NCBI GenBank assembly: GCA_028534125.1
Contig: CM052817.1
Coordinates: forward strand, 17,052,001 to 17,115,746
Source of the DNA: Lama glama
Lineage: Eukaryota
Reading direction: 5' to 3'
Length of the DNA stretch: 63,746 nt
The notes beneath the pieces were generated by a model that was not told the DNA's origin, made no database searches, and saw only the letters and a program-made list of their open reading frames with translations. Position 1 is the stretch's first letter. Each line of letters begins with the position of its first letter. Of this stretch, positions 53,141 through 63,746 are shown one piece after another. Made by a program: the position numbers and the translations under genes.

Positions 53141-53875
53141 TGCGCTCCACCCTTCTTCCCGGGGCATGGGGAGGCCTCGTAGTAACTCCAGCGGCTGTTC
53201 CTCACCAGGCAGGTCTGCTCCATCTTACCTCATATGTGCTTTCTGAACCAGTTTTCTCTGCTGTCTCTTGCTGACTTTCACACCCTCTTGCCCTGGGGGC
53301 CTGCTGGCCACCCTCTGAAATTGTTTCCATTTCACCCATTACCTTTGCCCTTTTGCTCTCTCCCCAGGCCTGAGATGGCCCGCTTCGGGGCCCTTTTCTC
53401 CTTTGCCACATTCTCTGCAGGCAGACACCTGGCTGACAGGGTCTCAGGGTATCTTCTGGGGAGGCAGATGGGCTCCTTCAGAAAATATTTCTGAACCCGT
53501 TATTTCTCAAACTTTTCTGTACCTCAGAGGCCCGCAAGGTGTTTGTTAAATACTCAGATCTCTGGGCCTCAGATATTGAGTCAATTTATTGGGCATTTTA
53601 TACAGTTGTCTGCAGTGGTTCTGATCTGGGGGTACCACAGCTGGAGAGAGAATGTTTCGGATGGAATGATTCTGGTGTGGATCCCCTGGGTGCAGTGCCA
53701 GGTCTCTGGGGGGGGACTGGGAGCTGCCCCTCCAGGCAGAGCCGTGGGAGGTGCTGCAGAACTCAGAGCTGCGGTGGGAGGTGGGTGAGGCGGCCGGAGG
53801 TGGGGCCGGGAGTTCCCCGGAACTGTGGTGGCTGTGGTCTGGCCCAAGTGGCCGTGTGGACAGGCTGCTGACCGA

Positions 53876-54322
53876 TGCAGGGCATTTCTTGGGGCTCTTG
53901 TAACAGCGTACCACAAACAAAGTGGCTCTATCGCAGGAATGTAGCCTCTCACAGTTCTGAGGCTAGAGGTCCAAAATGAAGGTGTCAGCAGGGCCAGGCT
54001 CTCTCCTAAGGTTCCAGGGCAGAACCTTGCCTCTTCTCGCTCCTGGAGTTGACTGGCAATCTTCGGAGTCCCTGTGCTTACTGACGCCTCTCTCCAACCT
54101 CTGTCTCTGTCGTCACACGGCCGTCCTCCTCCTGGGCGTCTCTCTCTTCCTTTAACCACACGGTCATGTTGGATTTAGTGCCCAGCCTGCTCCAGTAGGA
54201 CCTCATCGGGACTTCTCTGCAACAACCCTCTTTCCAAATAAGGTCGCATTCTCAGGTCCTGACGAGGGCTTAGAACTCCTGCGTATCTTTTTTGGGGGAT
54301 GAATACAATTTAGCCTTTAACA
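53876..54322 (-). mobile_element. MaLR LTR (MLT1C/D-like)
   Basis: ctcacagttctgaggctagaggtccaaaatgaaggtgtcagcagggcc...tttccaaataaggtcgcattct...tacaatttagcctttaaca. Confidence 0.88.
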
Positions 54323-56749
54323 GAGGGGATCCTGTTGGTGCTTCTCCTTGGGATGTGTACACATCTAAGGATCTTCTCCACTCACGAATGGGGAGCAAAT
54401 AGTCTTAAGTCCCATAAAATAGCACTTTATGAACATAGCATTAAGACGTGGCTTTTAGAAAAAGACCCGAGTAACTATTCACAGATTCGAATGCTTTACC
54501 GCTGATGGAAGTCCTTCCCCATGACCGCTGGGTAAAAGCAGGACCTGGAGTTTCAGGTGTCAGCTCTGGGGGACCGGGGCACCCAAAGAGTGAAACGGAA
54601 AGACATAGGGAAGGTGACTTAAAATGTTCTTAGAGGGTGATTCAGCCCCCACCCCACCCGATTTATTCTCACTGACCCCTAGGGCACTGGAGGTCGCTGG
54701 AAAGACAGGTCCTGGTTCAGAGCTCTGCAGGGTCCCCGGCTTTGTCCAGATCGCACAAACTCTGTGACCTTGGGCCACTTAAAATTTCTAGGCTTCGGGT
54801 TTACTTGAGTTTCTCATTGGTAAGTGGGAAAAATGAAACATAAAACAACACCTGGGTTGCCATCAGGAGGCAAGGAAGTAATGTAGTGAGGGAGGGAGGA
54901 GGTGACTTCCTGGGCTCCCAGAATGAATCATTTCCCTTCCTCCTCTCTTTCCCCTGCCCCCTCTGTCCTTTCCTTCCAGGAGGAAGTGTGGGACATCCAG
55001 ATCATGACCTTAAGGCACTCCAGGGAGTGGATGGTTGTTTTTCTCTGGGAAGTCTTGCCGTGTAGGGGTGTGTATGGGGTGGGGTTGGCGGGGGGCCACC
55101 TGAATATGTATTGATACTCGTGGTGGCAGCTAACAGATGACAGCTGTGTCCATAAAAGCTCAGGTTCTGCTCCCAAAACTCTTTGAGGTCATGCTATTTG
55201 TTTCCCTCTTGTAGATGAGGAAACTGAAGCCCGATTGTCATCGCCCTAATCTTCATCTGGTTATCAGACACCTGGGGTGAACCGCTTTCAGTAGTGGGAG
55301 GAGGGCAGTGGGCGAACACGCAGTCGAGGATGCGTGTGGCCAGCCTGGCTCTGGGTTCGCTTCCAGTCCAGTTAGTGCTTCCAGTGTTTGCAAGGGGGAG
55401 TCAAGAGTTACTGAATTCCCGCTCATTATTGTTGAGAAATGGTAGTAAGTTCATCAAAGGTGATCTAATGTAAAATTTGATTTGTAAATAAAACCACAGG
55501 GACAGGACTATATCCAGGTTGCTTTTCAACCTCTTCCTTTGTTCTTTGCCAGAGTTCCTCAGGGTCATTGGTTGGGAATAAGCAGACTGCTTTAGAATAC
55601 CGTTGCTCTTTCTGGAACCCCGTGGGTGTGAATAAACTGACATAAACGTGTAGGTGCTTGGAGATCTTCCAAATGCAGTGCAGCATAACTGATGGTGGTA
55701 AAATCTTGTACCACCAATGGACAAAGCCACTGGATGAGATGGAATCCCCCCTCCTGCCCCCTTCTGTCAGGTGATTTGGTTGCCATGGTGATGGGAGATT
55801 GGGGAGGAGATTAAGAACACATGGTCACATAGGCTCTTTAAAATCTTTGTGGAGTGTGACAGCTGCTTTTTGTCTCTGAGTCCCCGTCGGCCTAGGACAC
55901 ACCTGACTCTGGTAGCAGAGTGGACGCTATGTGAACAGTAATGGCCCTGCATGTGATTGACTGAGTGGACTCTGTTCCTTTGAGTTCCTCCCTTGACAAC
56001 CAAAGCGCAGGAGTGGGTCCCGGCAGTTGGCTGGGCTGCACTGGTGTGTACCTTTTCTCTTTTGATGTTTTAGTCTAATCTCTCTCTTGGTCCCCCCTTC
56101 CTCCTCCCAGGTCCAGTTTTCAGACTGCCGTTTCCTCTTTGATGTGTGTGGAGGCTGAGGCTTCCTGCTTTGCCCAAAAAGATTACTGTGAGTTTGCACC
56201 CTCGTGGGAGTGTGTCTGTCTGCTCATGCTCACCACCCTCCTGCCTTATCCCTCTTGCCGAGGTCGGGCTGCTGTTTCTGCCCGGAGCCGGAGACTGAGT
56301 GGGGGGTCTGATGGGCTGCATAACTAGCGATGGCAGCAGCAAGCTTGGTGACCCAGGGACTGTTTGGTCCATTTACACGCCAAAGCCATCCCTCATGGTA
56401 AACTCCCATGTGGTTCTGAAGATGCTCAAAAAGCCAGCCCACCCAGCGGTCTCGAGCTGACTTTGACTTCCTTCCTGGCCCAGCTTTTTAATTAATTGAG
56501 AGAGGAAATTCTGGTTTAAAAACTTGGGGGTGGGCTGATTTGATGTGAAAGTGGTGTGTTTGTCTAGTCCTTGCACGGAGGTGGGGGGTGGTTTCAAACA
56601 GGAAGGCTGCTGGCCAATAGTCACAGCTGTCATCAGCACCTTCCTTTACTGGGCACCTTCTCCGTTTTCTGCACTGTTCTAGACATTCTGGGCGATGCAG
56701 ACCTGATCTCTTAAAGGGAAAGTAACATCATACAGAAAATTGTATGAAA

Positions 56750-57430
56750 TGAATAACTGCATATGTAGATCAGAGACCTACACCTGAGAGCTAAAACTAC
56801 AAAACTCTCGGAAGGAAACATTTACGACATTGAATTTGGCAACGATTTCTTGGATATGACACCAAAAGCACAGGCGATGAAAGGAAAAATAGAAGTATTG
56901 AACTACATCAAAATTAGAAATTTCTGTGTGTCAAAGGACACAATCATACTGAACAGGCAACTCATGGAACAGGAAAAAAATATTTGCAAATTACATATCT
57001 GATAAAGGGTTAACTTCAAAGAACTCCTACAAAGCAACAGCAAAAAAAAAAAAAATCGAACAACTTGATTGAAAAATGGGCAAAGGACTTGAAGACAATC
57101 TCCAAAGAAGATACACAAGTGGCCAATAACCATGTGAAAAGATGCTCAGTATCACTAATCATGAGGGGAATGCAAACCAAAAGCACAATGAGATACCACT
57201 TCACAACTATGAGGATGGCTACTATCAAAAAAAAAAAAAAAAATAGAAAGCACTCCAGTACCTTTTCTAAAAATAAATAAATAAGTAAACCTAATTACCT
57301 TCCCCCTCAAAAAATAAAAAATTAAATAAATACACAAATAAATAAAAAAGAAAGCAGTTCTCGGCGCTTCAAAATAGTTAAGATGATAAATGTAATTGAT
57401 GTGTATTTGTCACAATTAAAAAAAAAAAAC
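56750..57430 (+). mobile_element. L1 ORF2 fragment joined to an L1 3' terminus
   Basis: ORF 57065..57280 [46 protein letters not shown] is L1 ORF2p-like; tail gtgtatttgtcacaattaaaaaa. Confidence 0.88.
57253..57345 (+). mobile_element. 5'-truncated vic-1-like SINE
   Basis: ccagtacc...aaataaataaataagtaaacctaattaccttccccc matches the tails of the other copies; agaaagca on both sides. Confidence 0.75.
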
Positions 57431-58822
57431 CTCTTGACAATGTTCTGAAGTTGGTATGATTCCCATCTTACAGATGAGGAAACAGAGGCACAAAGAAGTT
57501 AGGAGAATTTCTTAAAATTACACAGGCAATAATGGATAGATCTGTAAGGTGAATGCAGCCAGTCTGCTTCCTCTAAACAGCCACGCAGTCCATCCTCACT
57601 GGTGTCAGGGCTCTGCTGAGTGCTCACCCACCTCCCCACTCTCCCTCCCTACCCTGCGTAACACAGCCGTCCCCTCTCCAACACAGTCCCCATCCTGTTA
57701 CCCTGCTTTAGTTTTCCTTCTCGGCACTTGACTTTTAATATGCTTATTTGATTAACTCTTTTATCATCGGTCTCCTGGCTTCGTGATGGCAGGTGTTGGA
57801 CTTGTTGTTAACCATGGTGTCTGTGCACCAGGCAGAGAGCAGGCACTCAGTCCATACTTGTTGAATGAATGAATAAAAATGTATTGGGTGTCTTGTAGGT
57901 GCCAGGCACTGGAAATATTAACATATCAATGAAATCCAGTCCCTGGCCCCAGGGCTCCTGGTCTGGTGGGGACATGGGCAAACAAGCAATGTGCACAGTG
58001 AACGCAGAGGGAACACCCAGCCCCGCCAGCCTGGGCGCCGGGAAGGCTTAGTTCTGAAGAGTGAGTTGGGGGTGTCCAGATGAAGAAGAGGAAGGGCTTT
58101 CTAGGCAGATGGAACAGCATGTGCAAAGGCCCAGAGGTATGAAAGAACAGACGTTTAGGAGACGTTTAGGCAGATCTTAGCCTGCTAGGGGCCCCCTGGT
58201 GAGTCTGGAGAGTGGTTCCTCTCATTGCCTCCTTTCCTGTTTCCTATATTCCAAGAGATGCCTTATATTAAACCTATTTCCAGCTCAGTGGGGCCTGGAA
58301 TTCCATCAGCGATATTCAGAATCATCAGAAATACAAACCTCCTTGGGAAAGGGATGGAGACTGGCATGTATCCAGCAACACTCTTTGGCTCTGAAACTTG
58401 CTTTGCTTTAGCTGTGGAATCCGCACACCTGCCCTGAGCGGCGGGTAGGTGGGCGCAGCCGGCAAGCCATTGTGGACGCCGGGAAACCGCTGCTCAGCAT
58501 CAAAGTCGCACAGGTGGCGCAGTGAGTACTCAAACTCAAGTCCACCACTGCAGAGCCTGGGTGTCCAGCTGCGTGGAGGACAAGCCTCCCAGCTCTCACT
58601 CTTCCTGACTCCTCTGACCCTCTTCTAGGATGGCCTCGCCCAGCCGAGCAGAACAGCAGCAGAGGAACCTTATCTAAGTGTTGGCTGCAGACAACCACCC
58701 AGCGGTGGTTCTTTCCAAAGCCGCTCAATAGACTGTAAAGCAGGACTGACTCTCTTCCTGGCTTTCATCACCTGGCCAAGCAGCAAAATGACACCTGGGT
58801 TTTGCTGATGAAACCAGGAACC

Positions 58823-59119
58823 GGGCACCCATCCTGCAGCACTGGGCGGGGGGGCACCCATCCTGCAGCACTGCGGGAGGCACCCATCCTGCAGCACTGG
58901 TGGGGGGGCACCCATCCTGCAGCACTGGGGGGGCACCCATCCTGCAGCACTGGGCGGGGGGGGCACCCATCCTGCAGCACTGGTGGGGGGGCATCCATCC
59001 TGCAGCACTGGGGGGGCACCCATCCTGCAGCACTGGGCGAGGGGGGCACCCATCCTGCAGCACTGGGCGGGGTGGGGCACCCATCCTGCAGCACTGGTTG
59101 GGGGGCATCCATCCTGCAG
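58823..59119. repeat. G-rich minisatellite, 11 units of ~25-31 bp
   Basis: GGCACCCATCCTGCAGCACTG core followed by a variable G-run; CATCCTGCAG occurs 11 times. Confidence 0.97.
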
Positions 59120-59299
59120 TGTGGGGGTGCATTATTGTTTTAGGGAGATGCTTGTGCCTGTTTCCTCTGCCAGGGCTGGGCTGGGCAAAGGTTGTGTCAG
59201 CACACCCGTCCTTCCTGCCTCCCCTCCCACTGTGGTAGGTGACCTGTTCATGCACTTCCCTGGGCCAATCCTGTTTGCCTCACCCTATAGAAGTCTTCT

Positions 59300-60180
59300 C
59301 TTTTCTGCTTTTCTAGTTTCCCTCCCTTTCCTGGGTAATTCCCAGCAGCGTACTGCATGCTGTCACCTCCCCATCTTTAAAGAAAAGACCCCGCTTTGAC
59401 CCACAGCAGCCTCCAGCTGTTGCCCTGTGCCTCTGCTCCCTTCCCACCAAACTCCTGGAAGCAACAGTCTCCACTTCTGGTCCTCCCTTTCTCTCTTGAA
59501 CTCACCCCAAACTATCCTTCATTCCTACCACTACCTAGAAACTGCTCTGGTCAAGGATCCCAGGGACCTCTGCATGGCCAAACCCACGGCTCTTCCTCAG
59601 TCCTGACTGTGCCTTACCCCTACGTGCAGTTAGCCACCAAATCGTGTCACTTCTGCCCCTTAAATCTCCGTCTCATCTGTCTGCCTGCTCTCCATCCCCG
59701 TTGCCCCAGTGCTGGTTCAGAGCTGGCCCCTTTTCACCTTTATTATATTAAATATCGTCTTTAACTTTCTCCCTGCCAATGCCTTTCCCCTCTCCAAACA
59801 CTCCTTCCTCCTCCATAGATGCCAGCACGACAAAATCACCTCCAACTTTCCAAATTCAATGTTTGGGAATTTTTCAGCTCTTCCTTTATTTGGATCATTC
59901 TTTTGATCACTTCATACTTGAAGTGTCCCCCTTTCGATATGTCCCCTTTTCAAAATTTGTCATTGACTCTAGCACCTTTGGGACACCAGCTGCATCTTGA
60001 TCCAGCTCCTGCCTCCTGCTAACCATCACCTCCCTACCCCTCTTTCTCCTAAACTTCTCTGCAGCCCCTGTGGTTTTCCTGACTTGCCACATCCCCTCTG
60101 ATCTCTGTTCCTTGCACATATGGTTTCCTCTGCCTGGGATGCCTTCTCCTTCCCCTGCCTCCTTTGCATCTTTCCAGTTT
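59300..60180 (+). mobile_element. L2 fragments
   Basis: gaaactgctctggtcaagg...gacctctgcatggccaaaccc...cctcagtcct and ttcctctgcctgggatgcc motifs. Confidence 0.65.
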
Positions 60181-61200
60181 CAGTTACAGTTTTCCTCCCA
60201 CAGGTGTTTGCTGCATCCCTACTGTGTGCTAGACTCTCTGCTAGCCCCATGGGTCAGAGGACTCTGCACCTCTGTGATGATCTCCTTGATGTCACATGCA
60301 CCTGCTTTCTAGGGACTTCCATACGGCATAAGTGTTTGCTTGTATTTGTTGGTTTCTGCTAGACCACTGCTCTTCACCTGTGAACCCCTCAGAGGCAGAT
60401 CTGGCTTGGCCCACAGCAAGTCATAAATCAATATGTGTTGAAAACATGGGTGACTGGATGGCCCATGATGGAGGCGCTCCCGTAACTGGGTCCCCAGTGT
60501 TTGAGACATGGCTCCAGTGTTCCCACATGGCACATGTAGGAGTAATGTTGATTCGGTGGAGCTTTGTTGAGAATTTTGACCAGGCTCCCCAGATCAACAA
60601 GGATGTTATTGGAGCTTTTTGTATTTCTGCTAGATTGGCAATTCTCTGCTCCCCTCTGCTCTTTTCCCATCAGTCACCTCCTGGAATGTGAGGGAAGGAG
60701 GTGAGCTTGGACGTTTGGATCCTTTTGATCAAGGTCCTCAACAGTGGATGGCCAGAGAGCCAAGGGGAGTGTGGACGCAGGAAGCTCTGTATAGAGCAAG
60801 GCTCTGGAAGCTGGGATTAGATTGAGGCAAGTCAGTGGGACAAAGAGGTATCCATCCGTCCATGGATTCTTAAGACGTTGTGAACAGGTGGGTCAATTTT
60901 CCATTCCAGACACCCATGCCCCGCAACTTTAAATAATTCAAGCCAACAAATGTCAGGCTTCCTCTGTGACCCTTGAGAGCCTGAGCAGGCTAAGAGTTGT
61001 CACTCTGAGTTATAAGTATTGTGGACACATTTGTCCTCCACCCAATGAGGATGGGGGGTCCTTTAGGGCAGGACACATGTCCTGGTCTTTACTTCCCAGG
61101 ACACTGCTGGATTGATGGTTTGTTGAATGAATAATGAAGCACGAGTTACCTGTTACCAATGATTTAATAGACACTATGAGGGACATAAAAATGACAAGGA

Positions 61201-61366
61201 TAGATAAACAACAAGGTCCTACTGCAGAGCACAGGGAACTACATTCAATATCTTGTAATAACCTATAATGAAAAAGAATATATATATGTATAACTGAATC
61301 ACTGTGCTGTACACCAGAAACTAACACGTTGTAAATCAACTACACTTCAATTGAAAAAAAAAAAAA
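61201..61366 (+). mobile_element. Short L1 3' end with polyA and TSD
   Basis: aacaacaaggtcctactgcagagcacagggaactac...gtaaatcaactacacttcaattg then polyA; gacaagga at 61193-61200 and 61367-61374. Confidence 0.9.
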
Positions 61367-63547
61367 GACAAGGAAATAGTCATTTCTCTCAAAGAAACTA
61401 TAATCTACTGGGAAAGTGAATATGTTGGTTTGAATTTAAGAACCCCACGGAAGAAAGTTTTCCCCAACGCGATTTATAATCTGACCAAGAGCAAAGGTGA
61501 AGTCCTCTTTAGACATCATTTTATTGTTTCTTCATCCCCCTAGACGATGAAAGAAGAGAGAGAGAAAAACTAAGGAATCTTTTAGTTCCTGCTGAAATTT
61601 GGGGGCCCTGCTGGGACATTCTGTGTGTGATGGAGTGGGGGAAGGGAGGGTGTGCAACACAAGTGCCTTTCTTCCCCCTTCTTATGCAAGTAAGAGCTTT
61701 TCATAGTGGACATTGGAAATCAGAGATGAGAAAAAAAGGAAAAAAATACCTCAAATCTTATCATTTAGAAATAACCATTGTTTTTATTTTCGTGTCGTTT
61801 AGCCTCTTTCATTTTTTTTAAAAAAAAACAAGACAGAATCCTTATTGGTTTTTGCTTTGTGTGTAGGGATTTTTGTTGTTATTACAAAAGCAAAGAATGG
61901 TCATTGCAGACAGAATAGAAAACATAAATGAGGAAACACAGGAGAAGGTTGCCCCCGGGCTCCCCAGCGAACTCCAGGATTGATGTTCTGGTGAATTTCC
62001 CTTGGGTCTTCCTAGCTGTTTCCCTCCCTTCTTTGTTTATGCCATAAAACAAAACAGATGAAACTCCAAAGTTTTTTTTCCCCATATGTACCAAGTTAGA
62101 AAACACAAAGAACCAACTAAATGAACACAAATAAAAAGAAAGAAGAAACCAATGATCCACTGTCACCAGGTGTGTTTCTGAGCCCATGCATGAGTCACTC
62201 TTTCCTTCCCCCCGACTCTGTTCCTTTTCTTTCTTCTCCTCCTTTTTTTTTTTTTTTTTGAGAAATGGGAACCATATTAGGTTGAGGCAGGTCAGTGGAA
62301 GACACAGATATCCCCGCAACTTTGCAACTTGCTTTCAACGGGGTGTTCACAATTATTAGCAGGGATAACAGAGGCTGAGAAGAACGGAGCCACACTGAGT
62401 CTTGCCACTCACTCAAAAGAACTTTTTTCCCTCTTTTTAAAAAAATCCTGAGAGGAGGGGATGGCTTTGTCAATGAAGGGCATGCTTAACTTGCCCTAGG
62501 GAACTTTATGGTTTCCTTATGGGTAAAAAGGAGAAGGGGAACGTCTTTTTACAATCTTTACACAAAAATACAAACACCTCAGATTCTTTCAATAACCTGG
62601 ACTCATCCATCCAGGAGGGCTCGGGTAGGGGGAGGTGGGGGAGAGGCTCCCGGGTGGGAGACACCAGCTTGTCCATGGGGGCTCTTGGCTGATCGAACCA
62701 ATGGAAAGGCTCTCGGCCATTTCTCCTGGCCTGTGGCCTGAAGGAGTCCCAAAGAGCAAGGGCAGCCAGTGGTCTGTGTTGCCAGACCCTAGGCCCCTGG
62801 TCCATCTGCATCACCTCATCTCACCCACCAAACGTCAATCAGGACCCACTAAGTGCTCTGTAGATGTGTGCTGGGCTCTCGGACATCCGGGGAAGGAATA
62901 CATAGCCTCTGTCCTCCTCAAGAACCGAAAGCCTTGCTTATTCATGTGCCTCGAGAAATTCATGGTAGGAAAACAAGTGTTTGGACAACATACCCTGGAA
63001 GAGGAACAAGATGTCATCATGGAGAGCCCTGCACAGCCTGAGATTTGGGGCCTGTTATTGACCTGGCTCAAAACTGAGCTAAATCAGTGCTTGGACCTGC
63101 AACGGGGGAATGATGAGAGCTATAGGTTTAGACTGTGTCACTCGTCACAAACTCAGAGAATCTTGGGAAGGGCTTCAGAGACTAATCAGAGCTCACTCCC
63201 AAGTTACAGATGATGACACTGCTGGAGTCAACAGGATTTATCCAAGGTCAGGGTGTTGCGCTGAAAGTCATGAATTTTTGACCACCAGTTCCCTCCTCCA
63301 GACAGATTTAAGTATCTTTTATCACGGCCATGATTAGCATCATCAGGGTGGTAACAGCAGTAGCACCATAATAGCAGCTGTTTACTCAGTTCCTGCCACG
63401 TGCTTCACATGGTGGGTTTTGGCTGAATGATTTCCGGACAGATAGCAAGGGTTCTTTTCTATCTATTATGGGCCAGTTTTTTTTTTTTTTCAGATTTAGC
63501 ATTTAAAAAAATTTGTAGTGGAGAAATGGTGTTGAAAATACACACTC

Positions 63548-63746
63548 ATGACCCAGGAATCCCACTCCTGGGCTTGTATCCAGAAGGAAATCTACTTCAG
63601 GATGACACCTGCACCCCAATGTTCATAGCAGCACTATTTACAATAGCCAAAACATGGAAACAGCCTAAATGTCCATCAACAGGTGACTGGATAAAGAAGA
63701 TGTGGTATATTTATACAATGGAATACTACTCAGCCATAAAAACCGA
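63548..63746 (+). mobile_element. L1 ORF2 C-terminus, runs off the window end
   Basis: gacccaggaatcccactcctggg...atggaatactactcagccataaaaa; same family as the 36-kb copy. Confidence 0.92.

Noticed and set aside
58823..59119. CRISPR-like array of repeated 21-bp cores
   Set aside because: Linkers are only a few G-rich bases rather than unique spacers, there are no cas genes and the context is mammalian. The overlapping repetitive ORFs are by-products of the minisatellite.
38000..63400. Many 60-190 aa ORFs suggesting a hidden gene cluster or novel system
   Set aside because: They overlap in all frames, lack recognisable domains or a consistent exon chain, and many sit in repeats. This is expected noise in GC-richer intergenic DNA; a lncRNA cannot be excluded without RNA data.

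Overview
Mammalian genomic DNA, almost certainly a camelid (alpaca/camel group), judged from several vic-1-type tRNA-derived SINEs. The left half holds ANAPC4 (APC/C subunit 4) on the + strand. I traced 26 coding exons (human-numbered 4-29, 4238-33828), all with GT-AG boundaries, which splice into one open frame. They sum to 2192 nt, so exactly 235 nt (78 codons + 1 nt) of an 808-aa protein are missing; these and the promoter presumably lie in the 500-N gap at 3538-4037. The rest (~34-63.7 kb) is GC-richer intergenic DNA with L1, L2, MIR, LTR and hAT relics, a G-rich minisatellite and candidate CTCF/enhancer motifs. Repeat family names are from recall of consensus sequences, not from a search. 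I found no evidence of a novel multi-gene system. The most unusual observations are two L1 insertions whose target-site duplications (TSDs) copy ANAPC4 splicing signals, one of which also has a hairpin-bounded filler at its 5' junction.
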